IMG/VR virus record: IMGVR_UViG_3300006754_000011
Location: 10,206 to 74,205 of that record
Direction: 5' to 3' (one strand)
DNA length: 64,000 nucleotides
Source: a virus
Each line of letters begins with the position of its first letter. The first letter of the stretch is position 1. Shown here in pieces: positions 63,407 through 64,000 of the stretch. The position numbers and the translations under genes are program-made. The notes under the pieces were generated by a model. It was given only the letters and a program-made list of their open reading frames with translations, searched no databases and was not told the DNA's origin.

Positions 63407-63461
63407 ATAAATACCGAGGGAGCGGAATCGAACCTCTCCTACACCATCTCAGTGAAAACAC

Positions 63462-63486
63462 ACAGTTTAAAGACATGTTTAGGTCT
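63462..63486 (-). repeat. Leader pseudoknot copy 8
   Basis: AGAC-CUAAACAU-GUCU-UUAAAC-UGU. Confidence 0.65.
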
Positions 63487-63704
63487 AAATACTATGCGGG
63501 TTAATAACCCTAGATATACTTATATAAGTTAAAGAAGTGTCTTCTAGACTGAGTAATTCAGTTTTCCACAAGCTCTGCCGGAGTACAAGACCTTGTAAGG
63601 CGACTCATCTTCTGACGGCCCCGTCCCATATAAGGAGCGGGAACGGTTAAAAAGGAGGGAAAATAGGGGAAAACGGGTATAAATACCTTGTTTATGCCTA
63701 TTTC

Positions 63705-63735
63705 ACACTAAAAAAGGGGGATCAAAGCCCCCTCT
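63705..63735 (-). terminator. Terminator-like direct repeat, copy A
   Basis: AGAGGGGG-CTTTGAT-CCCCC-T-run-AGTGT. Confidence 0.7.
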
Positions 63736-63736
63736 C

Positions 63737-63901
63737 TTAGGTTTGTTGCTCTACATCGAAGGATTTTATATCTGCTGGAACTAGATACTCATCCATGTCT
63801 GCAAGGTGCAGCCATTTCCAGGCAGCCTCTTCTGATTCAAAGAAAGGACCGAAGGGAAGCCTATCGTCAGATGTAAGTGCAACTGGTGTAAACGTAGTCA
63901 T
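63737..63901 (-). CDS. Small protein (54 aa, MTTFTPVALT...), absent from the ORF track
   Basis: Clean ORF between two repeated terminator-like hairpins. Confidence 0.6.
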   Translation of the reverse strand: MTTFTPVALTSDDRLPFGPFFESEEAAWKWLHLADMDEYLVPADIKSFDVEQQT

Positions 63902-63918
63902 AATTAAAATAAATAATT

Positions 63919-63950
63919 ACACTAAAAAAGGGGGACCGAAGCCCCCCTCT
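63919..63950 (-). terminator. Terminator-like direct repeat, copy B
   Basis: AGAGGGGGG-CTTCGGT-CCCCC-T-run-AGTGT. Confidence 0.7.
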
Positions 63951-64000
63951 TTAATGACCTTCATTAACTATCGAACCCGAAGGACATAGTTATGTAAAGA

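Noticed and set aside
63374-63410. Hammerhead ribozyme (CTGACGA on the + strand)
   Set aside because: No stem II/GAAA arrangement follows. The sequence is explained by the minus-strand pseudoknot.
60973-63453. tRNA genes
   Set aside because: T-loops and closing stems are present, but there is no D arm, 7-nt anticodon loop or CCA. Reported as tRNA mimics instead.
63130-63486. CRISPR array from the repeated GTTTAAAGACAT...AGGTC units
   Set aside because: Spacing is irregular, copies are dispersed over 22 kb, variation is compensatory, and no cas operon is present (the PD-(D/E)XK nuclease is an ordinary phage exonuclease).
231-63989. Antisense or alternate-frame ORFs in the track (e.g. 231..488, 862..1218, 7772..8140, 31977..32321, 45082..45282, 62287..62556, 63795..63989)
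   Set aside because: They are shadows of better-supported genes and carry no motifs.

Overview
AT-rich segment of a tailed dsDNA phage of marine picocyanobacteria (carries psbA, hli, an nblA-like gene, hsp20, DUF4278 and 2OG-Fe(II) oxygenases). About 1-30.6 kb is mostly + strand: virion and tail-fibre genes, including two paralogous fibre cassettes, plus many small disordered proteins. About 31.6-64 kb is mostly - strand: psbA, PrimPol/D5 primase-helicase, PD-(D/E)XK nuclease, recombination/SSB genes, T7-like DNA polymerase A, an ArdC-like gene and many small early genes. The most striking signal is non-coding. (i) A ~47-nt + strand sRNA candidate (52912-52958) has its own sigma70 promoter and terminator, and its 5' seed is complementary to a motif at the ribosome-binding position of about 9 minus-strand early genes. 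(ii) Eight copies, plus variants, of a small covarying H-type pseudoknot sit in many of the same leaders. (iii) tRNA-like acceptor-stem/T-loop elements lie directly 5' of several pseudoknots. A glutamine-II (Downstream-peptide) riboswitch with an NtcA-like box is also present. Protein family calls come from motif recognition by eye, not database searches.
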